Assembly (NCBI GenBank): GCA_964016885.1
Contig: OZ024742.1
Span: 367,722,001 to 367,786,000, forward strand
Source of the DNA: Eledone cirrhosa
Taxonomy: Eukaryota
DNA: 64,000 nt
Direction: 5' to 3'
Every line of letters starts with the position of its first letter. Position 1 is the stretch's first letter. The translations under genes and the position numbers were made by a program. The notes below the pieces were generated by a model, which saw only the letters and a list, made by a program, of their open reading frames with translations, did not search any database and had not been told where the DNA came from. Of the stretch, positions 39,201 through 53,900 are shown piece after piece.

Positions 39201-42200
39201 GAAAACCAGCTGGTTTCATCTGGTCCTGTGTCTTTTGGTGTTCACTATTGGTCGAATGTTCGATTGGAAAACCAGCAGGTTTTATCTGGTCCTGTATCAT
39301 TTGGTGATCACTCATGGTCGAATGTTCGATTGGGAAACCAGCTGGTTGTATCTGGTCCTGTGTCATTTGGTGATCACTATTGGTCGAATGTTCGATTGGG
39401 AAAACAGCCTGTTTTATCTGGTCCTGTATCATTTGGTGATCACTCATGGCCGAATGTTTGATTGGGAAACCAGCAGGTTTTATCTGGTCCTGTATCAGTG
39501 ATCACTCATGGTGGAATGTTTGATTGGAAAACCAGCTGCTTTTATCTGGTCCTGTATCATTTGGTGATCACTAATGGTGGAATGTTCGATTGGAAAATCA
39601 GCTGGTTTTATCTGCTCCTGTGTCATTTGGTGATCACTAATGGTCGAATGTTCGATTGGAAAATCAGCTGGTTGTATCTGGTCCTGTATCATTTGGTGAT
39701 CACTCATGGTCGAATGTTCGATTGGGAAACCAGCTGATTTTATCTGGTCCTGTATCATTTGGTGATCACTCATGGTCGAATGTTCGATTGGGAAACCAGC
39801 TGGTTTTATCTGGTCCTGTATCCTTTGGTGATCACTCATGGTCGAATGTTTGATTGGGAAACCAGCTGGTTTTATCTGCTCCTGTATCATTTGGTGATCA
39901 CTCATGGTCGAAAGTTCGATTGGGAAACTAGCTGGTTTTATCTGGTCCTGTATCATTTGGTGATCACTCATGGTCGAATGTTCGATTGGTAAACCAGCTG
40001 GTTTTATCTGGTCCTGTATCATTTGGTGATCACTTATGGTCAAATGTTCGATTGGGAAACCAGCTGGTTTTATCTGGTCCTGTATCATTTGGTGATCACT
40101 CATGGTCGAATGTTCGATTGGGAAACAAGCTGGTTTTATCTGGTCCTGTATCATTTGGTGATCATATTGGTCGAATGTTCGATTGGGAAACCAGCTGGTT
40201 TTATCTGGTCCTGTATCATTTGGTGATCACTCATGGTCGAATGTTCGATTGGGAAACCAGCTGGTTTTATCTGGTCCTGTATCATTTGGTGATCACTCAT
40301 AGTCGAATGTTCGATTGGGAAAACAGCCTGTTTTATCTGGTCCTGTATCATTTGGTGATCACTCATGGCCGAATGTTCGATTGGGAAACCAGCTGGTTTT
40401 ATCTGGTCCTGTATCATTTGGTGATCACTCATGGTGGAATGTTCGATTGGAAAACCAGCTGGTTTTATCTGGTCCTGTATCATTTGGTGATCACTAATGG
40501 TCGAATGTTCGATTGGAAAACCAGCTGGTTTGATCTGGTCCTGTGTCATTTGGTGATCACTAATTGTCGAATGTTCGATTGGAAAACCAGCTGGTTTGAT
40601 CTGGTCCTGTGTCATTTGGTGATCACTAATGGTAGAATGTTCGATTGGAAAACCAGCTGGTTTTATCTGGTCCTGTGTCATTTGGTGATCACTAATGGTC
40701 GAATGTTCGATTGGAAAACCAGCTGGTTTTATCTGGTCCTGTGTCATTTGGTGATCACTAATTGTCGAATGTTCGATTGGAAAAGCAGCTGGCTTGATCT
40801 GGTCCTGTGTCATTTGGTGATCAATAATGGTCGAATGTTCGATTGGAAAATCAGCTGGTTTTATCTGGTCCTGTGTCATTTGGTGATCACTAATGGTCGA
40901 ATGTTCGATTGGAAAACCAGCTGGTTGTATCTGGTCCTGTGTCATTTGGTGATCTCTGTTGGTCGAATGTTCGATTGGAAAACCAGCTGGTTTTATCTGG
41001 TCCTGTATCATTTGCTGATCACTCATGGTGGAATGTTCGATTGGGAAACCAGCTGGTTTTATCTGGTCCTGTATCATTTGGTGATCACTCATGGTCGAAT
41101 GTTCGATTGGGAAACCAGCTGGTTGTATCTGGTCCTGTATCATTTGGTGATCACTCATGGTCGAATGTTCGATTGGGAAACCAGCTGGTTCTATCTGGTC
41201 CTGTATCATTTGGTGATCACTCATGGTCGAATGTTCGATTGGGAAACCAGCTGGTTTTATCTGGTCCTGTATCAATTGGTGATCACTCATGGTCGAATGT
41301 TCGATTGGAAAACCAGCTAGTTTTATCTGGTCCTGTATCATTTGGTGATCACTCATGGTCGAATGTTCGATTGGGAAACCAGCTGGTTTTATCTGGTCCT
41401 GTATCATTTGGTGATCACTCATGGTCGAATGTTCGATTGGGAAACCAGCTGGTTTGATCTGGTCCTGTGTCATTTGGTGATCACTAATTGTCGAATGTTC
41501 GATTGGAAAACCAGCTGGTTTTATCTGGTCCTGTGTCATTTGGTGATCACTAATGGTTGAATGTTCGATTGGAAAACCAGCTGGTTTTATCTGGTCCTGT
41601 GTCATTTGGTGATCACTAATGGTCGAATGTTCGATTGGAAAACCAGCTGGTTTTATCTGGTCCTGTGTCATTTGGTGATCACTAATGGTCGAATGTTCGA
41701 TTGGAAAACCAGCTGGTTTTATCTGGTCCTGTGTCATTTGGTGATCACTAATGGTCGAATGTTCGATTGGAAAACCAGCTGGCTTGATCTTGTCCTGTGT
41801 CATTTGGTGATCACTAATGGTCGAATGTTCGATTGGAAAATCAACTGGTTTTATCTGGTCCTGTGTCATTTGGTGATCACTAATGGTCGAATGTTCGATT
41901 GGAAAACCAGCTGGTTGTATCTGGTCCTGTGTCATTTGGTGATCTCTGTTGGTCGAATGTTCGATTGGAAAACCAGCTGGTTTCATCTTGTCCAGTGTCT
42001 TTTGGTGTTCACTATTGGTCGAATGTTCGATTGGAAAACCAGCTGGTTTTATCTGTTCCTGTATCATTTGGTGATCACACATGGTCGAATGTTCGATTGG
42101 GAAACCAGCTGGTTTTATCTGGTCCTTTATCATTTGGTGATCACTCATTGTCGAATGTTCGATTGGGAAACCAGCTCGTTGTATCTGGTCCTGTATCATT

Positions 42201-43630
42201 TGGTGATCACTCATGGTCGAATGTTCGATTGGGAAACCAGCTGGTTCTATCTGGTCCTGTATCATTTGGTGATCACTCATGGTCGAATGTTCGATTGGGA
42301 AACCAGCTGGTTTTATCTGGTCCTGTATCAATTGGTGATCACTCATGGTCGAATGTTCGATTGGAAAACCAGCTGGTTTCATCTGGTCCTGTGTCTTTTG
42401 GTGTTCATTATTGGTCGAATATTCGATTGGAAAACCAGCTGGTTTTATCTGCTCCTGTATCATTTGGTGATCACTCATGGTCGAATGTTCGATTGGGAAA
42501 CCAGCTGGTTGTATCTGGTCCTGTGTCATTTGGTGATCACTATTGGTCGAATGTTCGATTGGGAAACAGGCTGGTTTTATCTGGTCCTGTGTCATTTGGT
42601 GATCACTATTGGTCGAATGTTCGATTGGGAAACCAGCTGGTTTTATCTGTTCCTGTGTCATTTGGTGATCACTAATGGTCGAATGTTCGATTGGGAAACC
42701 AATTGGTTTTATCTGGTCCTGTGTCATTTGGTGATCACTCATGGCCGAATGTTCGATTGGGAAACCAGCTGGTTTTATCTGGTCCTGTATCAGTGATCAC
42801 TCATGGTGGAATGTTCGATTGGAAAACCAGCTGGTTTTATCTGGTCCTGTATCATTTGGTGATCACTAATGGTCGAATGTTCGATTGGAAAACCAGCTGG
42901 TTTTATCTGTTCCTGTGTCATTTGGTGATCACTAATTGTCGAATGTTCGATTGGAAAATCAGCTGGTTTTATCTGGTCCTGTGTCATTTGGTGATCACTA
43001 ATGGTCGAATGTTCGATTGGAAAACCAGCTGGTTGTATCTGGTCCTGTATCATTTGGTGATCACTCATGGTCGAATGTTCGATTGGGAAACCAGCTGGTT
43101 TTATCTGGTCCTGTATCAATTGGTGATCACTCATGGTCGAATGTTCGATTGGGAAAACAGCCTCTTTTATCTGGTCCTGTATCATTTGGTGATCACTCAT
43201 GGCCGAAAGTTTGATTGTGAAACCAGCTGGTTTTATCTGGTCCTGTATCAGTGATCACTCATGGTGGAATGTTCGATTGGAAAACCAGCTGGTTTTATCT
43301 GGTCCTGTATCATTTGGTGATCACTAATGGTCGAATGTTCGATTGGAAAACCAGCTGGTTTTATCTGTTCCCGTGTCATTTGGTGATCACTAATTGTCGA
43401 ATGTTCGATTGGAAAATCAGCTGGTTTTATCTGGTCCTGTGTCATTTGGTGATCACTAATGGTCGAATGTTCGATTGGAAAACCAGCTGTTGTATCTGGT
43501 CCTGTATCATTTGGTGATCACTCATGGTCGAATGTTCGATTGGGAAACCAGCTGGTTATATCTGGTCCTGTATCATTTGGTGATCATATTGGTCGAATGT
43601 TCGATTGGGAAACCAGCTGGTTTTATCTGG
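32685..43630. repeat. Large tandem duplication, period 5463 bp (83 monomers minus 15 bp)
   Basis: ORF pairs 32713/38176, 33273/38736, 34688/40151, 36098/41561, 37228/42691 and 37785/43248. The 15 missing bp are accounted for by three 1-bp and three 4-bp deletion monomers. Confidence 0.92.
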
Positions 43631-43899
43631 TCCTGTATCATTTGGTGATCACTCATGGCCGAAAGTTCGATTGGAAAACCAGCTGGTTTTATCTGGTCCT
43701 GTATCATTTGGTGATCACTCATGGTCGAATGTTCGATTTGGAAACCAGCTGGTTTTATCTGGTCCTGTATCATTTGGTGATCACTCATGGTCGAATGTTC
43801 GATTGGGAAAACAGTCTGTTTTATCTGGTCCTGTATCATTTGGTGATCACTCATGGCCTAATGTTCGATTGGGAAACCAGCTGGTTGTATCTGGTCCTG

Positions 43900-46800
43900 T
43901 GTCATTTGGTGATCACTATTGGTCGAATGTTCGATTGGGAAAGCAGCCTGTTTTATCTGGTCCTGTATCATTTGGTGATCACTCATGGCCGAATGTTTGA
44001 TTGGGAAACCAGCTGGTTTTATCTGGTCCTGTATCAGTGATCACTCATGGTGGAATGTTCGATTGGAAAACCAGCTGCTTTTATCTGGTCCTGTATCATT
44101 TGGTGATCACTAATGGTCGAATGTTCGATTGGAAAATCAGCTGGTTTTATCTGGTCCTGTGTCATTTGGTGATCACTAATGGTCTAATGTTCGATTGGAA
44201 AATCAGCTGGTTTTATCTGGTCCTGTGTCATTTGGTGATGACTAATGGTCGAATGTTCGATTGGAAAACCAGCTGGTTGTATCTGGTCCTGTATCATTTG
44301 GTGATCACTCATGGTCGAATGTTCGATTGGGAAACCAGCTGATTTTATCTGGTCCTGTATCATTTGGTGATCACTCATGGTCGAATGTTCGATTGGGAAA
44401 CCAGCTGGTTTTATCTGGTCCTGTATCCTTTGGTGATCACTCATGGTCGAATGTTCGATTGGGAAACCAGCTGGTTTTATCTGCTCCTGTATCATTTGGT
44501 GATCACTCATGGTCGAAAGTTCGATTGGGAAACTAGCTGGTTTTATCTGGTCCTGTATCATTTGGTGATCACTCATGGTCGAATGTTCGATTGGTAAACC
44601 AGCTGGTTTTATCTGGTCCTGTATCATTTGGTGATCACTTATAGTCAAATGTTCGATTGGGAAACCAGCTGGTTTTATCTGGTCCTGTATCATTTGGTGA
44701 TCACTCATGGTCGAATGTTCGATTGGGAAACAAGCTGGTTTTATCTGGTCCTGTATCATTTGGTGATCATATTGGTCGAATGTTCGATTGGGAAACCAGC
44801 TGGTTTTATCTGGTCCTGTATCATTTGGTGATCACTCATGGTCGAATGTTCGATTGGGAAACCAGCTGGTTTTATCTGGTCCTGTATCATTTGGTGATCA
44901 CTCATAGTCGAATGTTCGATTGGGAAAACAGCCTGTTTTATCTGGTCCTGTATCATTTGGTGATCACTCATGGCCGAATGTTCGATTAGGAAACCAGCTG
45001 GTTTTATCTGGTCCTGTATCATTTGGTGATCACTCATGGTGGAATGTTCGATTGGAAAACCAGCTGGTTTTATCTGGTCCTGTATCATTTGGTGATCACT
45101 AATGGTCGAATGTTCGATTGGAAAACCAGCTGGTTTGATCTGGTCCTGTGTCATTTGGTGATCACTAATTGTCGAATGTTCGATTGGAAAACCAGCTGGT
45201 TTGATCTGGTCCTGTGTCATTTGGTGATCACTAATGGTAGAATGTTCGATTGGAAAACCAGCTGGTTTTATCTGGTCCTGTGTCATTTGGTGATCACTAA
45301 TGGTCGAATGTTCGATTGGAAAACCAGCTGGTTTTATCTGGTCCTGTGTCATTTGGTGATCACTAATTGTCGAATGTTCGATTGGAAAAGCAGCTGGCTT
45401 GATCTGGTCCTGTGTCATTTGGTGATCAATAATGGTCGAATGTTCGATTGGAAAACCAGCTGGTTTTATCTAGTCCTGTATCATTTGCTGATCACTCATG
45501 GTCGAATGTTCGATTGGGAAACCAGCTGGTTTTATCTGGTCCTGTATCATTTGGTGATCACTCATGGTCGAATGTTCGATTGGGAAACCAGCTGGTTGTA
45601 TCTGGTCCTGTATCATTTGGTGATCACTCATGGTCGAATGTTCGATTGGGAAACCAGCTGGTTCTATCTGGTCCTGTATCATTTGGTGATCACTCATGGT
45701 CGAATGTTCGATTGGGAAACCAGCTGGTTTTATCTGGTCCTGTATCAATTGGTGATCACTCATGGTCGAATGTTCGATTGGAAAACCAGCTAGTTTTATC
45801 TGGTCCTGTATCATTTGGTGATCACTCATGGTCGAATGTTCGATTGGGAAACCAGCTGGTTTTATCTGGTCCTGTATCATTTGGTGATCACTCATGGTCG
45901 AATGTTCGATTGGGAAACCAGCTGGTTTGATCTGGTCCTGTGTCATTTGGTGATCACTAATTGTCGAATGTTCGATTGGAAAACCAGCTGGTTTTATCTG
46001 GTCCTGTGTCATTTGGTGATCACTAATGGTCGAATGTTCGATTGGAAAACCAGCTGGTTTTATCTGGTCCTGTGTCATTTGGTGATCACTAATGGTCGAA
46101 TGTTCGATTGGAAAACCAGCTGGTTTTATCTGGTCCTGTGTCATTTGGTGATCACTAATGGTCGAATGTTCGATTGGAAAACCAGCTGGCTTGATCTTGT
46201 CCTGTGTCATTTGGTGATCACTAATGGTCGAATGTTCGATTGGAAAATCAACTGGTTTTATCTGGTCCTGTGTCATTTGGTGATCACTAATGGTCGAATG
46301 TTCGATTGGAAAACCAGCTGGTTGTATCTGGTCCTGTGTCATTTGGTGATCTCTGTTGGTCGAATGTTCGATTGGAAAACCAGCTGGTTTCATCTGGTCC
46401 TGTGTCTTTTGGTGTTCACTATTGGTCGAATGTTCGATTGGAAAACCAGCTGGTTTTATCTGTTCCTGTATCATTTGGTGATCACACATGGTCGAATGTT
46501 CGATTGGGAAACCAGCTGGTTTTATCTGGTCCTTTATCATTTGGTGATCACTCATTGTCGAATGTTCGATTGGGAAACCAGCTCGTTGTATCTGGTCCTG
46601 TATCATTTGGTGATCACTCATGGTCGAATGTTCGATTGGGAAACCAGCTGGTTCTATCTGGTCCTGTATCATTTGGTGATCACTCATGGTCGAATGTTCG
46701 ATTGGGAAACCAGCTGGTTTTATCTGGTCCTGTATCAATTGGTGATCACTCATGGTCGAATGTTCGATTGGAAAACCAGCTGGTTTCATCTGGTCCTGTG

Positions 46801-47990
46801 TCTTTTGGTGTTCACTATTGGTCGAATATTCGATTGGAAAACCAGCTGGTTTTATCTGCTCCTGTATCATTTGGTGATCACTCATGGTCGAATGTTCGAT
46901 TGGGAAACCAGCTGGTTGTATCTGGTCCTGTGTCATTTGGTGATCACTATTGGTCGAATGTTCGATTGGGAAACCAGCTGGTTTTATCTGGTCCTGTGTC
47001 ATTTGGTGATCACTATTGGTCGAATGTTCGATTGGGAAACCAGCTGGTTTTATCTGGTCCTGTGTCATTTGGTGATCACTAATGGTCGAATGTTCGATTG
47101 GGAAACCAATTGGTTTTATCTGGTCCTGTGTCATTTGGTGATCACTCATGGCCGAATGTTCGATTGGGAAACCAGCTGGTTTTATCTGGTCCTGTATCAG
47201 TGATCACTCATGGTGGAATGTTCGATTGGAAAACCAGCTGGTTTTATCTGGTCCTGTATCATTTGGTGATCACTAATGGTCGAATGTTCGATTGGAAAAC
47301 CAGCTGGTTTTATCTGTTCCTGTGTCATTTGGTGATCACTAATTGTCGAATGTTCGATTGGAAAATCAGCTGGTTTTATCTGGTCCTGTGTCATTTGGTG
47401 ATCACTAATGGTCGAATGTTCGATTGGAAAACCAGCTGGTTGTATCTGGTCCTGTATCATTTGGTGATCACTCATGGTCGAATGTTCGATTGGGAAACCA
47501 GCTGGTTTTGTCTGGTCCTGTATCAATTGGTGATCACTCATGGTCGAATGTTCGATTGGGAAAACAGCCTCTTTTATCTGGTGCTGTATCATTTGGTGAT
47601 CACTCATGGCCGAAAGTTTGATTGTGAAACCAGCTGGTTTTATCTGGTCCTGTATCAGTGATCACTCATGGTGGAATGTTCGATTGGAAAACCAGCTGGT
47701 TTTATCTGGTCCTGTATCATTTGGTGATCACTAATGGTCGAATGTTCGATTGGAAAACCAGCTGGTTTTATCTGTTCCCGTGTCATTTGGTGATCACTAA
47801 TTGTCGAATGTTCGATTGGAAAATCAGCTGGTTTTATCTGGTCCTGTGTCATTTGGTGATCACTAATGGTCGAATGTTCGATTGGAAAACCAGCTGATTG
47901 TATCTGGTCCTGTATCATTTGGTGATCACTCATGGTCGAATGTTCGATTGGGAAACCAGCTGGTTTTATCTGGTCCTGTATCATTTGGTG
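43900..47990. repeat. Third, internally deleted and more diverged relative of the 5463-bp unit
   Basis: The order of variant blocks matches about 33900-38100 (ORFs 36436/41899/46306, 37228/42691/47098, 37788/47658), but several monomers are missing. Confidence 0.7.
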
Positions 47991-50900
47991 ATCATATTGA
48001 TCGAATGTTCGATTGGGAAACCAGCTGGTTTTATCTGGTCCTGTATCATTTGGTGATCACTCATGGCCGAAAGTTCGATTGGAAAAACAGCTGGTTTTAT
48101 CTGGTCCTGTATCATTTGGTGATCACTCATGGTCGAATGTTCGATTTGGAAACCAGCTGGTTTTATCTGGTCCTGTATCATTTGGTGATCACTCATGGTC
48201 GAATGTTCGATTGGGAAAACAGCCTGTTTTATCTGGTCCTGTATCATTTGGTGATCACTCATGGCCGAATGTTCGATTGGAAAACCAGCTGGTTTTATCT
48301 GGTCCTGTATCATTTGGTGATCACTCATGGTGGAATGTTCGATTGGAAAACCAGCTGGTTTTATCTGGTCCTGTATCATTTGGTGATCACTAATGGTCGA
48401 ATGTTCGATTGGAAAACCAGCTGGTTTGATCTGGTCCTGTGTCATTTGGTGATCACTAATTGTCGAATGTTCGATTGGAAAACCAGCTGGTTTTATCTGG
48501 TCCTGTGTCATTTGGTGATCACTAATGGTTGAATGTTCGATTGGAAAACCAGCTGGTTTTATCTGGTCCTGTGTCATTTGGTGATCACTAATGGTCGAAT
48601 GTTCGATTGGAAAACCAGCTGGTTTTATCTGGTCCTGTGTCATTTGGTGATCACTAATGGTCGAATGTTTGATTGGAAAACCAGCTGGCTTGATCTAGTC
48701 CTGTGTCATTTGGTGATCACTAATGGTCGAATGTTCGATTGGAAAATCAACTGGTTTTATCTGGTCCTGTGTCATTTGGTGATCACTAATGGTCGAATGT
48801 TCGATTGGAAAACCAGCTGGTTGTATCTGGTCCTGTGTCATTTGGTGATCTCTGTTGGTCGAATGTTCGATTGGAAAACCAGCTGGTTTCATCTGGTCCT
48901 GTGTCTTTTGGTGTTCACTATTGGTCGAATGTTCGATTGGAAAACCAGCTGGTTTTATCTGTTCCTGTATCATTTGGTGATCACACATGGTCGAATGTTC
49001 GATTGGGAAACCAGCTGGTTTTATCTGGTCCTGTATCAGTTGGTGATCACTCATTGTCGAATGTTCGATTGGGAAACCAGCTCGTTGTATCTGGTCCTGT
49101 ATCATTTGGTGATCACTCATGGTCGAATGTTCAATTGGGAAACCAGCTGGTTCTATCTGGTCCTGTATCATTTGGTGATCACTCATGGTCGAATGTTCGA
49201 TTGGGAAACCAGCTGGTTTTATCTGGTCCTGTATCAATTGGTGATCACTCATGGTCGAATGTTCGATTGGAAAACCAGCTGGTTTCATCTGGTCCTGTGT
49301 CTTTTGGTGTTCACTATTGGTCGAATGTTCGATTGGGAAAACAGCCTGTTTTATCTGGTCCTGTATCATTTGGTGATCACTCATGGCCGAATGTTTGATT
49401 GGGAAACCAGCTTGTTTTATCTGGTCCTGTATCAGTGATCACTCATGGTGGAATGTTCGATTGGAAAACCAGCTGCTTTTATCTGGTCCTGTATCATTTG
49501 GTGATCACTAATGGTCGAATGTTCGATTGGAAAATCAGCTGGTTTTATCTGGTCCTGTGTCATTTGGTGATCACTAATGGTCGAATGTTCGATTGGAAAA
49601 TCAGCTGGTTTTATCTGGTCCTGTGTCATTTGGTGATGACTAATGGTCGAATGTTCGATTGGAAAACCAGCTGGTTGTATCTGGTCCTGTATCATTTGGT
49701 GATCACTCATGGTCGAATGTTCGATTGGGAAACCAGCTGATTTTATCTGGTCCTGTATCATTTGGTGATCACTCATGGTCGAATGTTCGATTGGGAAACC
49801 AGCTGGTTTTATCTGGTCCTGTATCCTTTGGTGATCACTCATGGTCGAATGTTCGATTGGGAAACCAGCTGGTTTTATCTGGTCCTGTATCCTTTGGTGA
49901 TCACTCATGGTCGAATGTTCGATTGGGAAACCAGCTGGTTTTATCTGCTCCTGTATCATTTGGTGATCACTCATGGTCGAAAGTTCGATTGGGAAACTAG
50001 CTGGTTTTATCTGGTCCTGTATCATTTGGTGATCACTCATGGTCGAATGTTCGATTGGTAAACCAGCTGGTTTTATCTGGTCCTGTATCATTTGGTGATC
50101 ACTTATGGTCAAATGTTCGATTGGGAAACCAGCTGGTTTTATCTGGTCCTGTATCATTTGGTGATCACTCATGGTCGAATGTTCGATTGGGAAACAAGCT
50201 GGTTTTATCTGGTCCTGTATCATTTGGTGATCATATTGGTCGAATGTTCGATTGGGAAACCAGCTGGTTTTATCTGGTCCTGTATCATTTGGTGATCACT
50301 CATGGTCGAATGTTCGATTGGGAAACCAGCTGGTTTTATCTGGTCCTGTATCATTTGGTGATCACACATGGTCGAATGTTCGATTGGGAAACCAGCTGGT
50401 TTTATCTGGTCCTGTATCATTTGGTGATCACTCATTGTCGAATGTTCGATTAGGAAACCAGCTCGTTGTATCTGGTCCTGTATCATTTGGTGATCACTCA
50501 TGGTCGAATGTTCAATTGGGAAACCAGCTGGTTCTATCTGGTCCTGTATCATTTGGTGATCACTCATGGTCGAATGTTCGATTGGGAAACCAGCTGGTTT
50601 TATCTGGTCCTGTATCAATTGGTGATCACTCATGGTCGAATGTTCGATTGGAAAACCAGCTGGTTTCATCTGGTCCTGTGTCTTTTGCTGTTCACTATTG
50701 GTCGAATGTTCGATTGGAAAACCAGCTGGTTTTATCTGCTCCTGTATCATTTGGTGGTCAATCATGGTCGAATGTTCGATTGGGAAACCAGCTGGTTGTA
50801 TCTGGTCCTGTGTCATTTGGTGATCACTATTGGTCGAATGTTCGATTGGGAAAACAGCCTGTTTTATCTGGTCCTGTATCATTTGGTGATCACTCATGGC

Positions 50901-53900
50901 CGAATGTTTGATTGGGAAACCAGCTGGTTTTATCTGGTCCTGTATCAGTGATCACTCATGGTGGAATGTTCGATTGGAAAACCAGCTGCTTTTATCTGGT
51001 CCTGTATCATTTGGTGATCACTAATGGTCGAATGTTCGATTGGAAAATCAGCTGGTTTTATCTGGTCCTGTGTCATTTGGTGATCACTAATGGTCGAATG
51101 TTCGATTGGAAAACCAGCTGGTTGTATCTTGTCCTGTATCATTTGGTGATCACTCATGGTCGAAAGTTCGATTGGGAAACTAGCTGGTTTTATCTGGTCC
51201 TGTATCATTTGGTGATCACTCATGGTCGAATGTTCGATTGGTAAACCAGCTGGTTTTATCTGGTCCTGTATCATTTGGTGATCACTTATGGTCAAATGTT
51301 CGATTGGGAAACCAGCTGGTTTTATCTGGTCCTGTATCATTTGGTGATCACTCATGGTCGAATGTTCGATTGGGAAACAAGCTGGTTTTATCTGGTCCTG
51401 TATCATTTGGTGATCATATTGGTCGAATGTTCGATTGGGAAACTAGCTGGTTTTATCTGGTCCTGTATCATTTGGTGATCACTCATGGTCGAATGTTCGA
51501 TTGGGAAACCAGCTGGTTTTATCTGGTCCTGTATCATTTGGTGATCACTCATAGTCGAATGTTCGATTGGGAAAACAGCCTGTTTTATCTGGTCCTGTAT
51601 CATTTGGTGATCACTCATGGCCGAATGTTCGATTGGGAAACCAGCTGGTTTTATCTGGTCCTGTATCATTTGGTGATCACTCATGGTGGAATGTTCGATT
51701 GGAAAACCAGCTGGTTTTATCTGGTCCTGTATCATTTGGTGTTCACTATTGGTCGAATGTTCGATTGGAAAACCAGCTGGTTTTATCTGTTCCTGTATCA
51801 TTTGGTGATCACACATGGTCGAATGTTCGATTGGGAAACCAGCTGGTTTTATCTGGTCCTGTATCATTTGGTGATCACTCATTGTCGAATGTTCGATTGG
51901 GAAACCAGCTCGTTGTATCTGGTCCTGTATCATTTGGTGATCACTCATGGTCGAATGTTCAATTGGGAAACCAGCTGGTTCTATCTGGTCCTGTATCATT
52001 TGGTGATCACTCATGGTCGAATGTTCGATTGGGAAACCAGCTGGTTTTATCTGGTCCTGTATCAATTGGTGATCACTCATGGTCGAATGTTCGATTGGAA
52101 AACCAGATGGTTTCATCTGGTCCTGTGTCTTTTGGTGTTCACTATTGGTCGAATGTTCGATTGGAAAACCAGCTGGTTTTATCTGCTCCTGTATCATTTG
52201 GTGGTCAATCATGGTCGAATGTTCGATTGGGAAACCAGCTGGTTGTATCTGGTCCTGTGTCATTTGGTGATCACTATTGGTCGAATGTTCGATTGGGAAA
52301 ACAGCCTGTTTTATCTGGTCCTGTATCATTTGGTGATCACTCATGGCCGAATGTTTGATTGGGAAACCAGCTGGTTTTATCTGGTCCTGTATCAGTGATC
52401 ACTCATGGTGGAATGTTCGATTGGAAAACCAGCTGCTTTTATCTGGTCCTGTATCATTTGGTGATCACTAATGGTCGAATGTTCGATTGGAAAATCAGCT
52501 GGTTTTATCTGGTCCTGTGTCATTTGGTGATCACTAATGGTCGAATGTTCGATTGGAAAATCAGCTGGTTTTATCTGGTCCTGTGTCATTTGGTGATGAC
52601 TAATGGTCGAATGTTCGATTGGAAAACCAGCTGGTTGTATCTGGTCCTGTATCATTTGGTGATCACTCATGGTCGAATGTTCGATTGGGAAACCAGCTGA
52701 TTTTATCTGGTCCTGTATCATTTGGTGATCACTCATGGTCGAATGTTCGATTGGGAAACCAGCTGGTTTTATCTGGTCCTGTATCCTTTGGTGATCACTC
52801 ATGGTCGAATGTTCGATTGGGAAACCAGCTGGTTTTATCTGCTCCTGTATCATTTGGTGATCACTCATGGTCGAAAGTTCGATTGGGAAACTAGCTGGTT
52901 TTATCTGGTCCTGTATCATTTGGTGATCACTCATGGTCGAATGTTCGATTGGTAAACCAGCTGGTTTTATCTGGTCCTGTATCATTTGGTGATCACTTAT
53001 GGTCAAATGTTCGATTGGGAAACCAGCTGGTTTTATCTGGTCCTGTATCATTTGGTGATCACTCATGGTCGAATGTTCGATTGGGAAACAAGCTGGTTTT
53101 ATCTGGTCCTGTATCATTTGGTGATCATATTGGTCGAATGTTCGATTGGGAAACCAGCTGGTTTTATCTGGTCCTGTATCATTTGGTGATCACTCATGGT
53201 CGAATGTTCGATTGGGAAACCAGCTGGTTTTATCTGGTCCTGTATCATTTGGTGATCACTCATAGTCGAATGTTCGATTGGGAAAACAGCCTGTTTTATC
53301 TGGTCCTGTATCATTTGGTGATCACTCATGGCCGAATGTTCGATTGGGAAACCAGCTGGTTTTATCTGGTCCTGTATCATTTGGTGATCACTCATGGTGG
53401 AATGTTCGATTGGAAAACCAGCTGGTTTTATCTGGTCCTGTATCATTTGGTGATCACTAATGGTCGAATGTTCGATTGGAAAACCAGCTGGTTTGATCTG
53501 GTCCTGTGTCATTTGGTGATCACTAATTGTCGAATGTTCGATTGGAAAACCAGCTGGTTTGATCTGGTCCTGTGTCATTTGGTGATCACTAATGGTAGAA
53601 TGTTCGATTGGAAAACCAGCTGGTTGTATCTGGTCCTGTGTCATTTGGTGATCACTAATGGTCGAATGTTCGATTGGAAAACCAGCTGGTTTTATCTGGT
53701 CCTGTGTCATTTGGTGATCACTAATTGTCGAATGTTCGATTGGAAAAACAGCTGGCTTGATCTGGTCCTGTGTCATTTGGTGAACACTAATTGTCGAATG
53801 TTCGATTGGAAAACCAGCTGGTTTTATCTGGTCCTGTGTCATTTGGTGATCACTAATGGTCGAATGTTCGATTGGAAAACCAGCTGGTTGTATCTGGTCC

